A stretch of 64,000 nucleotides of DNA from Antedon mediterranea (Eukaryota; Animalia; Echinodermata). The stretch is from the NCBI RefSeq assembly GCF_964355755.1, contig NC_092678.1:3178422-3242421 (forward strand). The letters are read 5' to 3'. Shown one piece after another: positions 13,187-27,800 of this stretch (position 1 is the stretch's first letter; each line of letters opens with the position of its first letter). The notes under the pieces were generated by a model. The model searched no databases. It was given only the letters and a program-made list of their open reading frames with translations, and was not told the DNA's origin. Both the position numbers and the translations under genes were made by a program.

Positions 13187-16117
13187 GTAAGTACGAGATG
13201 ATGATATTTCTTTATAAAACAAAACAGCGTTTTACAAACAATATTTGCAATTATAATTTATTTAGTTTATAGATTAATTTATATTTGTTACTAAAGAAAT
13301 GTTGTACTAAGAATTTAAGCGATATTTGACATAATTTTAAAGATGTTGAACAAACATTGCATATGGCGTATTTTCCTTTGCATTCCAAACAACATATAGT
13401 TATAAATACATATATATTATTCAAAGAATAAATGTAGCCAAAACTGTTTGTCATAAAATTAACGTGCAGAAAGGATGTATAAAAACTAAACAATTACTTA
13501 ACAATCTTTTTCTAACTTTCAGGCTATTGCAAATTAAATGCACTTAAAATTAATTTCCGTAGCGGACAAGAAACAATTGACTTTATTTTGTCCATACCTA
13601 TCCTTCGAATAATATTATCAATTAATTGTTTTAGATGAAGATGATTATGTAATCTTATTAAGATCATAGACCCGGGTTTGTTCAATTGTTAATTCAATTA
13701 ATTTATTAATTAATTATATTGGATACTTCCCATTGAAAAATTAAAATGGATTAAATGAAATTAAAAAAAACAATTAATAACATTTGCATAAAATAGTGTA
13801 ATGTGATGAAGAGTAATGGTTTGTACAAAGTATATATTTCAACAAGTTTTAATTAAGCTGAATTTAAACCTGTACAAAAAGCCTCTTTTAAATAACCTCC
13901 TGCTATTTATAGATCCACCCACCTACAATTGTTGGCACCCATTCTTATTGTATGTACACGCCTGGCACGACAAATATTTCTTTTGCATGTTTTTTGTTAA
14001 AACACCAAACTTTCCTATAATTATTTCCAAGCATGTTTCTAATATTAGAATACAGATAATCTGTTTGTACAACCAGTAAAGAAAAACAGATTTCGGAAGT
14101 GCGTAAAATGAAACATTGTTTTCACGTCATGAGTGAATTTTTTTTTGTATGCCAAGCATGACCTAATGTTGTAATTATATATGCACCTGGAATACATTAA
14201 CCTCATCAATTTTTATAGGTCCTTCAAAAAGTGCAGTGAGACAAACGCCCTTATGTAAAATCCTACTGTTAAAAAATTTACATAATTATTGTTTTCAACA
14301 CTAATATTACATCAAAATTCTGATTAAAATGATATAAATTTAAATTTTTGTATAAATAATGGCTTTTTAAAAATCTTTCTTTCAAAAAATTATGTACAAT
14401 TATCAATCGTCATCGTCAATAATAATGTTATTTTAGGTTTACTATCTTTAACATTTATCATCCCAAGATACTTATAGTTACAGTTATACTTTTCATCTTT
14501 TTTTTTAATATGTTATCTCGTTTCTGTCATCCTTCAATTTCAACGATATATAATTATTAGATTGCGATATCATTTACTTTTGCACTATCGTTAAATTTTA
14601 TTGGCCAGTATTCCTGTAATTTTGCGACAGGAAAGCCAGATTTACAACTAGACTGGCACAGACAGTATACGATTCCTCCGAGAGCAAGCAGACGCAAGTT
14701 TCCAAACTTGTTAACAAAATTCGGGCGTGCAGAACTTAAATTATATAATGAGTAGGCAAGATTTCTCTGCAATCGTAGACGATACAGAATAAATGTGGTT
14801 TTCTGATAATTAAAGTTTTTTTTATAGAATATTCTCAATGGCTTATCAATAATGTTTAACTATTTTAAATAGTAACTTGTCGTACGCTAACGTCTGCTTG
14901 TTTACCGGTTTCAAAATCAATCGTAATCATGTTATAGAAAGTCGTAAGGTTGATTTTTGATCTTCTGATTTAATTAATAATAACCCATCAATGTATGAAT
15001 AATAAAAAGGTTGTTTTTAATAATAATTATAAATGATTTTATTAATTTTGAATTATCATTTTAATAAAAAAACTTCTGTTTTAAAACTTGTTTTTCCGCT
15101 TGCGTTCTAAAACCATCCAAGCGTGTGGTTCCAATATATAGTCTATGAAAAAAAATGTATATCTAAAACAAAACACGTCAATTTCAAGTCTTGTTTTTCA
15201 CTCTCTTAGAAAGAGAGAATAATTAAGAGGTAATAATAATAATAAGAAATGCAGGAACTACAATGAACCCTAATCAGAGTTAGAGTGGGAAACCCAGTCG
15301 ACTGGAAGATGGAATCGGTTTGTGACAATCAGAATCGGCGGTCTCTCAGTATGATTGGATCAATTCTCGTTCACTGATCGTATACCATGTCTCCTTAATT
15401 AAATTGCGAGGTTTTGTTTTTCTCTTCTCTAAAGTTCATTTGTGAAACATGTTTTGAGATTGAAAGCTTAGAGTAAAAAAACAAGATATTGGTAATAACT
15501 GATTAATTTCAGCCAATAAAAGGGTGTTTTGACATGTGAAAGCAATCATTACATCTCGTATTGCTTGTATCAAATATAAATTGGAAATTAAATCCAGAAA
15601 GATAATTTAAAGATAGATAGCCATGTGCGTACTGTCTGAAAGAGTTGCTTCAACTTGCCTCCACATTTCTATTTCGATTTTTGCAGAAAATAGCAATTAA
15701 GGATTTTAATCAACTTGTATTTACTGGTTTTTAATGAATTATGCTTCTTAATTAAATTAAAGGAAACATGACTAAATTTAAAGATATGAAGAAGAATCTG
15801 TTCTGGATAATCCCACGGTCTTAAACAGTTAAGGTATTCCTGACACAGAGGTCAAAGGAATGTAAAAATTCTGTAAAGTCATTGCTACCCTTATAAGAAT
15901 ATTAAGATCATTTTTAATCAGATAAATGAGGAAAGATTTAAATTCTTCTTGTTTCAATCAACAAAGGATGATTTATAATATTAAATTCTGTTTATTCATA
16001 ATGATAATTTAAAATTGCTATTTTTTAATTGAAATTACTTAATTATATAATGTAATTTAATTTTTTATATAACTTTTCAAAACATACTTTCTTTAATGAC
16101 CTATATATATTATAAAG

Positions 16118-16336
16118 CAGTAGATCCACCTCCTCTTGGACACCCCTATTCACTGGTCATCCCTATCCAGTGGTCATCTCTATTCTGTGGCCATTCCCTA
16201 TTCTGTGGTCATCCCTATTAAGGAGAATCTTGTAAAATCAAGGAGGAGAAATATATGTTTTAAAACTACAACCAACCCCTATTCAGGGGACACGCAAAAT
16301 CAGGATCCAAAGGTGTCCCCGTAATGCGTTCAACTG
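16118..16336. mobile_element. Tc1/mariner-like MITE copy
   Basis: cagtagatccacc...ggacacccctattc...caacccctattcaggggacac...caactg followed by ta; shares motifs with 43038-43218. Confidence 0.6.
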
Positions 16337-19300
16337 TAGTTGGACATTTTTTATATAATTTTTTTTCATTTTACAGTGGTATAGAACAGTAGCAGTTCAA
16401 AATTTGCCAGGAAATTAGTATATATTTTGCCAAAAACTATTTACGATATTTCCTTTCTGACAAACTTTGATCATCAGATTAATTATTGCCTTCCAAAAAT
16501 ATTTAATATGTTTCCAATTTTTAGTAGTTGTAAATGAATAATCCGTGGACGTACTTAGTACGTTCTGATTCACATTTGGTGAAAAAGTCATAAGCTGCGA
16601 TTTCGTTGTGTCTGCACTCTTTCCTGGTTGGTTGGTACTGCCCTGTTTATTTCATTGCCTTGTGACAGGCAGGAAAGATCAGTTAATATCCAAAATTAGG
16701 ATTCGTTAAAGTGATGGGGTAGCTTATCCTAGTGACAGTCGTTAATGTAGATATTGCCGTTATAAATCGTATTACCGTTCTCTTATCAGGACCTCGGCAC
16801 ATAAATAATATTTGACTTAGGAAAGATAATATTACTTAAGGATTAATTTTTGATATAAAAAAAAATATTTAGCAGTATCATTTCCATAGCTGTTAAATAC
16901 TATTACAGAAATACAACTCTCAATATAAAATTGCTTTATCTAATTTTCATATATTGTAGTCTCATATATCTAATTTGTATAAATGCATATATTATCATAC
17001 CTATTTGCATAAACTCCTGTATTAAATATACTTTTTTATTATTACCTATACTGTTACCTCACTATAATTTGCATTTGATCTATTCTCAAACTGTTCTCGG
17101 TTAAGACATTTTTTTGCGTTAGATCCACCATGGAAATTACAGTAATCAAAAGCATTCATGCACGTCAAAGAATCAAATTAGCATCTGGGATAAGATCATG
17201 CCTCTTGATTCTGGTTTCCCCAAAGGAATGGGCAATCAATACCTCTGTAGATAGTTTTTGCATAATATTAGACTAGTGCAAGCCCATGTGTGTATAACTT
17301 GACTCTTTTGCAAGATCAGTAAACCATGACTAAAAATCAAATTAGCATCTCTTACCGACTGGGGTGTATATGGCATCCTCGTTTTTCCTACGGAATAGAA
17401 TAATCAATAACCTGGTTTTTGCATATTAAGTTAACCTTATTGACATCCATTTGATGTTCCTAACATATATACAAAAAAAGTTTGTACCAAGAAATTTGAG
17501 AATGAAATATTATTAATTTAAATATTAATGAGAGAAAATGAGTAGTATGTGTGTTTCAACATCAACATTTATCAATAGTAATCAAATTGAGTCACATGGT
17601 ACATTATCTATTGATTGATATTGATCCGGTGTATATTGATTACATCTCTATTGACTAGATATGTGCAGTGCGACGGGTAAAGAACCTTAAACAATAACAA
17701 GATATGTTTATTAAAACATCTCCATAGAATATAATAATAAACAACATTTATTATTTGTGGTTAATAAAATTTACTGATTCGCAATATTTTATAGAAAATA
17801 TCGCATGCCATGTTGTCATGCATCAGTAAACATACAACAATATCATAATTCTTATCGGATAAGAATTGCCAATATTTATTGTAATTAAAACTAGTTAATG
17901 ATTAGATCTTTTGAAATTTGTTACTACTGTTTTATCCTGGCATTGTTAACGTGACTATATTTATGTTTGCATTTCCAATAGACATAATACGACTGGATCA
18001 GTGCTGGCGTCTCGTAGAATTAATGAAAAATCCTGGCTGGTATATTCCAGTCAAGGTCATTACCAACAATTGTTTTGTTATAGAGGTCATAAATTATATT
18101 TTGTAATAGTCAATATATAGTCATTACTAATATGCTATTGTTTTTGTTGATTGGTCAGCCAAGGTCGTATCTCCCGCCTCTTTTTCTTTTACTTCCTTTC
18201 TTACAACATGTGACTGAGATTAGATAAAATGCTTCTAGATACATCTGAATAGCTGCAAGTTAAAAGGAAAAGAATACATATTAAAATAGTATTTCATGTA
18301 GGATAATACTGGTGGTGTATTCTGTAGATGCTGTGAGTTTTTTTAAATGTTTTTTTATTGTTTTTTTAGGTGTACTCAATGTACTCGGGAAAAATTTTAA
18401 TATTTTAGCTATTTTGTTGTTTAGCTAAATGTTTTTGACATTTTACCTTTTAAAAGTGTTTTTTGCAAAAGCTTATAGTTTTTTCTACAACAGATGAGCT
18501 TTCATGTTAGATATTTTATATTTTAAATTAAATTGCAGTTAGTTTTATTTCATAAATAATGCTATGTGTAAGTGTTTAAATCAATAATTAATGTTTAAGT
18601 AAATGCTTGATTTTTTTTCTCCAACTGGTTTTTCAAAGATGTATTTCTGTAAATGTTACTTTTTAAATCACTTCTGAATACTTCAATATTTATTATACAT
18701 TTTACACTAATTTCCATAATATTTGACCCATCCTTGATATTTTTATAATTTTTAATTACTTCTAATTTAAAGGATGTAATATTGATCTTGACCCTATTTA
18801 AAGGTCAAATCATCGTAGTTGTCATCACAATTGTATAATTTGATGCATGTTTTCATAGCTGAGTTGCGTACTTTCAAATTAGGAAGATTTCTGAATTTGT
18901 TATTATTCTAATTGATTAATTTCTGAAATTACGCTATGGGTCGTTGTCGTTGGTAACAGATTATGTCCGAACGTGAGAATGAATTAATTAGTTAGTGGCC
19001 GTGGTGATTAGAAATTAAAAATGAATTGTTTGGGTTTGGTCGCAAATAGTTAATTTTTAATTCTAAGCAAGATAATGATTTACTTAGAAAAGGTAATACA
19101 ATATCATTAAGCATGTATTTACTGTAGTTTATTTACCATTAATTGTGCCATTGGATGACATTAGCCTTGTAGGTCATGCTACAAAATACTGGTAGAGAAG
19201 AACACTTACATATTGTTTGCTTGGCAGGCAAATAGCAATTAAGTTTTAAAGTATTGCATAGATTTGAGCAGACTCAACACATCTGTAGATCATATGATCT

Positions 19301-19584
19301 AGCAGACGACAGCAATACAGTTTACATTAGAAGATTTTTAAAGCAGAGACTATTACATATTTTTATGTGATCATTTAAACACTGGTAAAATATGTTATTT
19401 GTTCGTTGAACAAATATGTGTTTTGTAAACATCTGAAAATGTCATTTTTTAATATATGGACTCCTTACTCTTCATACATACGTGATGGTATAATAAGGTA
19501 GGTCGACATTGTTTTTGGTTCAAACCGTCTGTTCTACACTTGCATCAGTCATACAAAAATTCATTAATTGAAGAAACAATTTAT

Positions 19585-19930
19585 ATAAAGATACTAACCT
19601 AGATACCAACCTAGTTAAAAATACTGACATAGTTAAAGATATAAAACGTAGTTAAAGATACTAACTTGGTTAAAGATACCAACTTGGTTAAAGACACCAA
19701 CTTGGTTAAAGATACCAACTTAGTTAAAGAAACCAACTTGATTAAAGATACCAACTTAGTTAAAGAAACCAACTTGATTAAAGATGCCAATTTAGAAAAG
19801 ATACCAATTTAGTTAGAGGTACCAACTTAGTTAAAGGTACCAACTTAGTTAAATATACCAATGTAGTTAAAGGTACCAACCTAATATTATACCAAGTTAA
19901 AGATACCATAAAGAAACCAACCTAGTTATA
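19585..19930 (+). repeat. 18-bp minisatellite, roughly 18 degenerate copies
   Basis: Unit (a/g)gttaaagataccaactt, best conserved 19660-19790. Confidence 0.93.
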
Positions 19931-20433
19931 GCAAAACTTAATCTGGTCTGTGTGGTTATTGTCTGGTATAAGTCTTTTCTTTTAACTTTTAACTATATCG
20001 GTTGTTTACTCTACTTTAACCACATAAAAAAATAAATAAATGTAACAATAGGAAATAAAGGTAGATCATTCAAACCATAGTGTAGATCATAAATGTAGGT
20101 AGGTTCAAAACAATTACATTGTAACGTAGCCAAGGTTTTTCCAATGTCCTTCCCAACACTAATACCTGGTTGTGTGTTGCACGCTACATTGTTTATAGTA
20201 AACGCTGAAGTAATCCCTCCCTATTGTTGCCTTGTGGTTTCATTGTCATTGAACTGCCCACGTATCATCGAATATTTTGATGACGTCCTCACTGTCATAT
20301 AAACAAATACTCTTATTTGTTTTGATTATTACAATATTGTATCCATTTCTTAGCACACATATCGCAATCGGTTTCCTGAATTTTTTTTCTGTAGACATGA
20401 CGGAATCTAATAGTTTATAGTTTTTATTGTGCA

Positions 20434-20528
20434 ATGGGTAATGGAAGTTTAGTACTATTGAAAATATTATTGAAATACAAACGCGTATTTAAAATTGGAT
20501 TATTTAGTTATCAGATGGGAGAAACAAG
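20434..20528 (+). CDS. Candidate alternative first coding exon D of IQSEC (MGNGSLVLLKILLKYKRVFKIGLFSYQMGETR)
   Basis: ATG in gcaATGG context, open to AG|gtaaac, phase 2; 1.36 kb upstream of the common exon. Confidence 0.45.
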
Positions 20529-21891
20529 GTAAACATTTTTGTTTTTTTATTGTTTTCATTTTACAAACAATTGGAAAAAATTATGTTTAATATCACTTCT
20601 TTAACAATACACTTGTATAGAATTGTTTGGAAAATTTTTATTTTAATTATTACAATAAATAAAGAATATAAAAGGGGAAGCAAATGAAAATAGATTTATT
20701 TAAATTTAATTTAATTACTGCAGTAAATCATAGTTTACCCACAACTCATATCCAATTCATGACCGAAATGTCCTCCATGCGTTATGAATAAAAAACGACA
20801 ACTCGCGCCATTGTAGTTCAAACAGGAAGTACGTCAAACTTTAGACATTTTATTCGGTTTTATTGGCAGTTGTAATGGTCTACATTTCATTCATACTAAA
20901 CATGCTCAGTTTATATCCTGTTAAAGGAAAATATGCCTAATTAATTAATTAAATTATTCTTTAATAATTTCAATATGACCTTTGACAGATTATAATAGAA
21001 TCGTAAGATTGTTTTAAGTTACTCTTCTTGAGAGAGTTTTTAGATACTTTATAAATATTTTACAAGAACAATTTATGCTTTCAGAAATAACTATAAATGA
21101 AGATGTATTAAATTGTATTTATAAATGGATAATTGGTATTTGAAAAGCCAAATTAATTTTAGAAAGAAATTATAAATGAAGATGAATTGTTTATTTGAAG
21201 GACTTCAAATAATAAACAAGTTAGTTTATAAAATCCTGTTTTTAATGGTAAGAATCACCTGTTCCGTATCCGGTAGTATTATTTCAAGTAGATTTACTTA
21301 TAATATTTGTAAAATTTTCTGTTGAAGATTTTCTTCTCAACGTCTAAACTGTTTTGACCACCACTTGTTCTTGTTTTACCATGTTGGTTTTGTGTGCATT
21401 CCGTAACAACATTTGTGTGAAACAAAACACAAATTATGTTACAGAATTTAAGGTTTATGGTACGCAAGAATTTGTTTAGAATTGTTAAAGTGACGAATTT
21501 TTACAAAGGAAACTGATCAGGTGATGGGTTTAGTGGCAGACTTTTAAGATACGTGACCGGCACGCTCCAAAACAGAAAGAATATAATGATGTCATGATTG
21601 TCGTGTGATCTTTCGAAGAGATACACAGTGATTCACAATAACTTAAGCCTTATTCTTATCTGTACGTTATGAATCATGGTTTCTTTTTGAAGGGTTTAGT
21701 ATAAAATTTTATTTTCAGGAGCGTACATCGTTAAAATATGAATCGTAAAATTTGTAGTCAATGTTTGTATAACCTTATTAAGTTTTAGATAATATTAACA
21801 TTGTGTTTCTATGTTTTGAACAAAATTATGTTTAAGATTGTACTTTATTAAAATTTAATAATAATCATTAATTAATGTTTTGTCTTTGCAG

Positions 21892-24800
21892 AACTGAGAA
21901 AGGAACAGAAGGAACAACAACTCCAAAAAGAAAGAAAAAGAATCAAGCAGCAGGAGGAATTGTAGATAAGAAAGGAGAAGAAAAACAATGGGAGAATTCT
22001 CCTCAAACTCCGTTTGGAAGTCGTACTTTAGTCGTATCGTTGACGGAAGAACAGATTGATAAACAATGTGCTCAGGATTATAAATCAAAACCAACGAAAC
22101 AATCAAGCGTCGATAGTATTCGAAACACGCTACCGGCGACCCCACCGAACAGTCCAGCAACTTTAAAGAACAACGAAAGATCAGAAGGTCCTTTGAATGA
22201 ACATTACGACCCTGATACATTAGATTATTTTGATCGGACAACACCACGAAGGCGGAGCACAAGATCACCGCTACGTAGAGAAAAGTCATTCAAACAACGC
22301 CGACAGGAAGAGAGAATTATTCAACGTTCACGAACATTGTCCAATCCGTATGAACTGTCAGTGGAATTATATAGTAAGCAGGTAAGTCAAATCTCATTCC
22401 ATTCCTGGTATTGTAAAGGAAGAGGTTCAGCTATTGTAAGGAAGAAGTTGTATAGATCACTGTATTCAATATTTCCTGTTTTCTTAACTGTGTTGCAATT
22501 GATTGGTAAGGAAATTCCAACGCTAGTAGTACTATTAAAGTATAAAAAATGTAATAAGCCTTTAACTCAATAATATTTAATTATCTTACAGGTTGAAATG
22601 ATAGAGAAGAGTTATGGTGGCAGAGAAAAAGCCCACAAAGCCGCGCAAGTAATTCAAAGTGCTTACCGTCAATATGGAATGAATAAACAGTTCCAACGTT
22701 TACGAAGAAGCCAATCTGAAAATCGTTCATCACGCTTACTTTCTTCACTACGTTGCTCAAAAGGCTGGGAACAATTTAGCAATCGTGCTCGCGTTGTTAT
22801 GCTCGGAGACCCGGTGAATAATAATGATTTAGAGTTAAAAACGCCAACACCAGAATCTCTTGATACAGACGTGTTTGATAAAGAAATTAGTGAACGCTCT
22901 AAAGCAAATCTTATTAAGCTGCAATCTTTGAATGGGAATACAAAAAACGGGGATGTTTTAAAAAAAACTGACAATAAAGATGGATCTCCAGCCGGCAAGA
23001 AACAGTCAAAAACAGTTGTTGTCACGGTGATGATGACAAAAGAAACACATCGATCAACAGCTGAGATAACAAAAAGCGAAAATATGAAGAAACGTGCTCA
23101 AAGTGTTGGCACTTTAGAACAATTGCCTGTTGACTACACAAACAGTGCAAAATTATCAACAATACCAGCGAGTTTAGGTGAGGTCGGCAGTATGACTGTC
23201 TTGCCAACTCCGCAAATAGACTCGAAAAAAGCCTTTCATAGTAATATACAACGGGCTATTGGCTTGGACGATTTATCTAAAGGTGTTGATGCCACGGACA
23301 GTGCACCGACACCTATGAAAAATAAAGCCAGAATGATGACCCTTGGGGATGGACAAAAAGCGAGTGTTGGCAAAATCGGACATCTGCCTACTAGAATTGT
23401 TACAAGTAAACAAGTGTTTGAATCCGCTATAAGTAGAACCACGCCTTCAAACAAAGATATTGCTTTAGTTCAGCAGTCCCAAAATGAAAAAACCACAAAA
23501 GCAGAACTTATTACAATTAAACCAGAACATATGGCCCCAAGTGGCAGCGAAAGTAGTCTTGATAGTCTGCGGAAACGTGATTCTTCTTCTTCGGGTGTTT
23601 ACAGCGACTATAGTACAACAACTTCTGAAAGTTCTCTCCAGAAAACTGAAATTCAGGAGAATCCAGAAGTTGTGGAAATGTCTGCAAAAGAAAAACTAAG
23701 AAGTAAACACGAAAAATCATACAGTTTACCAGAAAATATTATTTCGGACACTGCAAATAAACTGGACGGAGGAGTAGACCCTAAAAAATCAAAGAAAAGA
23801 AAGGTGTCAAAGAAAAAAGAAAAGAAAACCAAAGATGATTTAAAGAAAGGAAATGAACTTCCTATGGAGGATGTGAGCATAGAAAGTGATAAATTTAGAG
23901 GACCTTTTAAACGGTGGCGTAGTCGAAGTGCGGAGAGACGACCAAGGAAACTTGATATTGATACACATCGTCGATTGCAAAATGTGGACTGTTCGACAGA
24001 TGTATATTCTCGCGCTTTTAATTTAGAATTTCAAGGACGAAATCATTCGTCCAGTCTGCCACGGAGATCTGGAAACAACTTAATCAGGGACTATTATAAT
24101 GATGATTTAGCTTATTACTCAACAATGCCAGCTAGGACGATGAGACGGCGATCAAATACAGAAGGAGATATTGATTATGACCTTGATACCACAAGAAGTG
24201 GGGGTAAACGACGAACACACACCATTGATTATGGTGAATTGGATAAAATCTCACTGGCTTCAACCGCCAGTAGTGACTTTGGTGAATTTGACCGAGAAAC
24301 ATTCCTTCCAACATCGTCCCCGAAAGCGAGAGTCGGTTTATCCACGTCTGAGCATCTTCAAGATTCAGATTCCGATTCTGATTTGTCTGATTCGGATGAT
24401 CAATGTCATGATGTGACCTTAAAAGCTGAAGACTTTCATGAGTTAAATACTCCGTCACATTTACAAAGTTTCCAAATGACGCCTTCACCCGTTTGGAAAC
24501 GAAAACATAGCAAAATGGCAAACGGGTCTCTTAGTCTACACAAATCAGACACGCGTGATAGCGTTAGTAGCGAAAGTAGTGGTTCTTCCAAATTAACAGT
24601 CGGTGACGACTCAAGCGTGACCACGGGTAGTGTGGATAGTTTACGAGAAATTCCCGTGATTGACCCTATCCCACCATCTATGACGATACCGAATACCCCA
24701 CCTAGACGTCGCAAATATAGAATTGGACTTAACTTATTTAACAAGTAAGGCTATTTGATTCATCTACCATGTCTATTAAAGAGAATATATTTTTGTCAAG

Positions 24801-27800
24801 TTTTTAATTTTAAATGGTGCATGTGACACAATGCAAATTTAGGGGACACTATCTATTTCAGACAATCTAATTTAATTATATACGGTCAAGTCTAAACTGA
24901 AGTCTGACGCTTTCTGAACTAAAATTGTCCTAAAGCCTCTAGCCTCGAACTAAATAAAATATAATATTCATCATGTCTCCCATCCTCAAGGGATTTGTTC
25001 TAGGTCAAAACTATATTTATTTATCATATTTTAATAATTTTATTATAATTTATCCAATAGAAAACCAGAAAAGGGTATCAAATTTTTAATTGAGAATAAG
25101 TTCCTGGAGAATTCAACTCAAGAAGTGGCTAAATTTTTGCTAAGTCGCATCGGACTGAGCAAACAAAAGATTGGAGAATATTTAGGAGATTTACAACAAC
25201 AATTTAACATGATGGTGCTAGAGTAAGTATACTTTTTATGAGCACAACTTCATCTTATCATTATCAAGTTTATATTTCAATATCTAACTACAATATGATA
25301 CCATATCATTCTATCACAATTCCATTTTTATACATATTGCATCATTATAACAATTGTATTCAATTCCGTTTAATATACGTCTTACATCATCGTAACAATT
25401 GTTGTTATGATATACTCATGTATTTGAAGTGAATGTGAAATTTCCAAAGTTTTATCTATTACGAAATATCAATTTCTTGATACTGTGACTTAGACTTGTG
25501 GATGTGATTACTTGTATTTAACACATGTTTAATGACTTCGACAGACATATTTCCTTGATAAAAAAAAACACTAGCCAGCAATGATGCAATACCGTAAGAC
25601 GTAGCAAACTGTACCACTGAAACATGATATTAAAATCAATAGCTTCAACGAGTTCCTGTTCAGGAATTTATGCGGCCCTGTGATTTTCCTCCCACATGAT
25701 TTTGTGGTTTTTACGTCAATATGGTGGTAGCTAAGCTTGGTATTGGTCTTTGATCAACAGTTTTTTTCTATGGAAAAACGTTTTAAAGTAGTGATTCTCA
25801 TGCATGATTTACCATATTGCCAACAAGCCTGCCTTTAAAAATAATTTAGTGCATTTGAATCTTTCTTTGTATTATTTTAATAGTTAGACCACATATGGTC
25901 ATATCTACAAAAATATACAACTCTTTGTTCAGATATTTTTAATAGCATTTTCAGTGATTGATTCTGATATTCTTTTCTGGCAATTGGCCGTTGTTTCAAT
26001 GTACCAGACAAAATATATCTTTTTATTACAATTTAAGATTCTTATAATGTAGATTTTATTGAAATAGACGTTCCTCCATTATTCCCCCTCAAAATTTAAT
26101 TTCTCTTTTAAGTCCTAAAGAATAGATTCTATTGGATATAGACTGGTAAAAGTAAACTTTGCCAATTTTCACTGGTTTATTTATTGTGATATCAAGCATC
26201 ATATTATATTGTTCTTTGGTATATTTCACTTGTATTCATTATGAATGGATTTTTTTTTCTGTAGATGTTATGTTGAAGAAATCAACTTTCAAGGTCTGTC
26301 AATAGACGACGCTCTTAGAAAATTCCAGTCACATTTTCGCATGCCCGGTGAGGCCCAGAAGATTGAACGCCTTGTAGAGGTAAAGAATACATAATATGAT
26401 ATGATATACAATAGTTAGAGGAAAGAAAACGGAATAGATTGATAATTTGTTAATTTTTTTTTTAGGCGTTTTCACAACGATACCTTGTTTGTAACCCAGA
26501 AATAGCAACCACCTTCAACAATCCTGACACAGTTTTTATTCTCGCTTTTGCTGTGATCATGCTACATACAGACCTCCACAGCCCAAATGTAAAAACAGAA
26601 CGAAAAATGAAACTTGACGATTTCATCAAGAACCTCAGAGGCATCGATGACGGGCAAGACATCGACAAAGATGTCCTGCGTGGAGTGTATGAACGAATAA
26701 AGAAAGAAGAATTCCATCCTGCAACTGATCATGTGACGGCTGTACAGAGTGTTGAACAAAGCATTCTGGGTAATAGACCTGTAAGTAAATTAGACAATAT
26801 ATTATTCATTTTTCAAAACTGTTTACTTTGTCATGAATATTCATCTACACTGTAAATTTTATCATTTTTTCAATATAATTTTATTCACAGATTCTTTCTC
26901 AACCTCATCGAAGGCTAGTGTGCTCGGTGAGCCTATTAGAAATAAACGATCCCAGCAAACGTGAGAAGAAGCATTTTAGGGAGATATTTTTATTTAACGA
27001 CATGCTAGTGGTAAGTGAGAACATAATGGGGTTGGGGCACATGGGCAAATTCAGAATGGATGGGGTACATTGGCTGGTTTACCAAGGGGAAAGATAATGT
27101 GATTAAACACATCTCAATTGTTGTAGGATGATGAAGGAGTTAAACATGTCCATAGTAGTCTAGAATATTGGCCTGGGTTTGGCTCTTATCTAAATTGATG
27201 CTAGGACTATAAAATAGTGTATCAAAACAACACCTGTCTGTCTGTGATTTCTTCTTTGATGAGTAGTGTCCACACCGTAATGTTTGAGTTGGAGACCACA
27301 GGTGTGTTCAAAGAATCGCACGTCATAATATTACACAGAAGTCATTGCTTTGTGTTGACGTACTAGAATCAAGAAAACAATTGAACTTTTACTTGGGATA
27401 TATCATAAAAACTCACCAGATGAATGTGCTCAATGTATTCAACTACCAGTATATATAATCAATATATATAATTAAAATTTGTTTTCTAATAAAACTTTCT
27501 TCTTTCTAATAGGTAACTAAGGTATTAGCACGCAAGAAAACAGGAACATTATATAATTTCAAGAAATCTTTCCCACTTCATGGAATCACTGTATTAAAGT
27601 ATGAAACGCCACGTAAGTCAAAATATTATTACAATTGATATATATTCTATCAGAGAGCTAAAAACAGGTCACATGCCTTATTATTGCATGCGCTCCTTAT
27701 CGTTTTCTCTTTTTCCATGAAAAGTTCACTTGCTTGTTTCTTTTAAAGGTTAATACGATTTATATTTATTTGTTTGTTTTTCCAAGGAGTAGAAACAGAA

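Noticed and set aside
14555-14840. GC-richer island with a 93-aa minus ORF
   Set aside because: No domain, TIR or splice structure identifiable; could be TE remnant or enhancer but unsupported.
17847-17867. Perfect 10-bp-arm palindrome aattcttatc-g-gataagaatt
   Set aside because: Plausible by chance in 64 kb of AT-rich DNA; no other support.
5940-18106. Short ORF-track ORFs (60-110 aa) in the upstream region
   Set aside because: F/L/I/Y-rich composition typical of random AT-rich DNA; only the 11152 ORF is informative (L2 remnant).
18328-18338. ATG CT|gtgagt as a further phase-2 IQSEC first exon
   Set aside because: Only two codons and preceded by in-frame stop; cannot be distinguished from chance.
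22669-24744. Several minus-strand and alternate-frame ORFs over the large IQSEC exon
   Set aside because: Shadows of the coding exon; no recognisable domains or splice support.
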